Source of the DNA: Mustelus asterias
Taxonomy: Eukaryota
Direction of reading: 5' to 3'
Assembly (NCBI RefSeq): GCF_964213995.1
Contig: NC_135813.1
Span: forward strand, 2,170,001-2,234,000
DNA: 64,000 bases
Below, one piece after another: positions 63,101 to 64,000 of the stretch. The notes beneath the pieces were generated by a model. That model did no database searches. It was not told where the DNA came from and saw only the letters and a list, made by a program, of their open reading frames with translations. The translations under genes were made by a program, and so were the position numbers. Each line of letters begins with the position of its first letter. Positions within the stretch are counted from its first letter, which is position 1.

Positions 63101-64000
63101 CACCCAGGTCCTTCTCCTCTGTGAAAACCGAGGCAAAATACTCATTAAGCACCTCTGCCATTTCTACTGGTTTCGTACAGACTTTCCCGCCTTCACCTTT
63201 TATAGGCCCTATTCCTTCACGTCTCATCCTTTTACTCTTCACATATTTATAGAACGCCTTAGGGTTCCCCTTAATCCTACCTGCCAGGGCCTTCTCGTGA
63301 CCCCTTCTGGCTCTCCTAATTTCCTTCTTTAGTCCCTTCCTACAAGCCGTATACTCATCTAGATCCCTATCTTCGCCAAGCTCTCTGAACCTTTTGTATG
63401 CTTTCCTTTTCTTCTCGACTAGGTCCTGCACAGCTTTCGTGCACCACGGTTCGTTTAACCTACCAACTCCTCCCTGTCTGCTCGGAACATTGTCCTGTAG
63501 AACTCTAGACAGACATTCCTTGAAAAACTGCCACCTCTCTTCAGTACATTTCCCCGAGAATACCTCCTTCCAATTTACTCCTCTAATTTGCTGCCTTATG
63601 TCTTCATATTTCCCCTTACTCCATATAAACGCTTTCCTAGCGTGCCTGATCCTCTCTTTTTCCAATGCAAGCATAAAGGAGATAGAGTTATGATCGCTAT
63701 CCCCAAGATGCTCTCCCACTGAGAGATCTGACACCTGTCCAGGTTCATTGGTCAGTATCAGATCAAGTACAGCCTCTCCTCTTGTAGGCTTGTCTACATG
63801 CTGTGTCAGGAAAGCCTCCTGAACACACCTAACGAACTCCTCCCCATCCAATCCCCTTACCCTAGGGATATTCCAATCTATGTTTGGGAAATTAAGGTCT
63901 CCTATCACAACAACTCTGCTATTACTGCATCTCTCCAGGATCTGTTTCCCTATCTGTTCCTCCACCTCCCTGTTACTATTGGGCAGCCTGTAGAAAACTC
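60124..64000 (-). mobile_element. CR1 LINE ORF2 (endonuclease end + RT) with nested insertions: Penelope repeat 61178-61464, SINE tail, second CR1 61626-62588
   Basis: GDLNFPNIDW, SDHNSI, KSPGPDG, QHGFVKGRSC, PQGSVLGP, KFADDTK; runs off right edge. Confidence 0.92.
61242..61278 (-). ncRNA. minimal type I hammerhead ribozyme motif
   Basis: CAC-CTGAAGA-A-GGGGCT-TGC-AGCTCC-GAAA-GC-TT-GTG inside insertion flanked by TSD TCCTTTGGGCAA. Confidence 0.75.

Noticed and set aside
61710-63965. Intact autonomous LINE ORF2
   Set aside because: Chimera of two copies lacking core RT motifs; 5' part is outside the window

Overview
Eukaryotic (vertebrate) genomic DNA, most likely a shark/elasmobranch judging from HE1-like V-SINEs, HER1-like CR1 LINEs and DeuSINE (SacSINE1-like) remnants. 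Four spliced genes are reconstructable with canonical GT-AG sites: RPL7A/SURF3 (minus, exons 1-7, exon 8 is off the left edge) hosting SNORD24 and two SNORD36 copies; DNLZ (plus, 3 exons, 172 aa); MED22/SURF5 (plus, with a 140-aa short isoform and a ~215-aa long isoform); and PIERCE1/C9orf116 (minus, 3 exons, 140 aa, RFX X-box promoter). The rest is CR1, Tx1 and Penelope-like retroelements, SINEs and large ~33-bp minisatellite arrays that generate all the long repetitive ORFs. Most notable observations: (1) a ~190-bp TSD-flanked, A-tailed retroposon with a U2-snRNA-like head (candidate new SINEU-like family); (2) at least nine minimal type I hammerhead ribozyme motifs in Penelope-type terminal repeats, including a lineage with a compensatory U3-A8 core, some in sense orientation within host introns; (3) a minisatellite repeatedly expanded out of a DeuSINE; (4) a ~120-copy forkhead-motif array in intron 1 of the cilia gene PIERCE1; (5) a rearranged Surfeit locus with DNLZ between RPL7A and MED22. 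Family assignments are from recalled sequence knowledge, not database searches.
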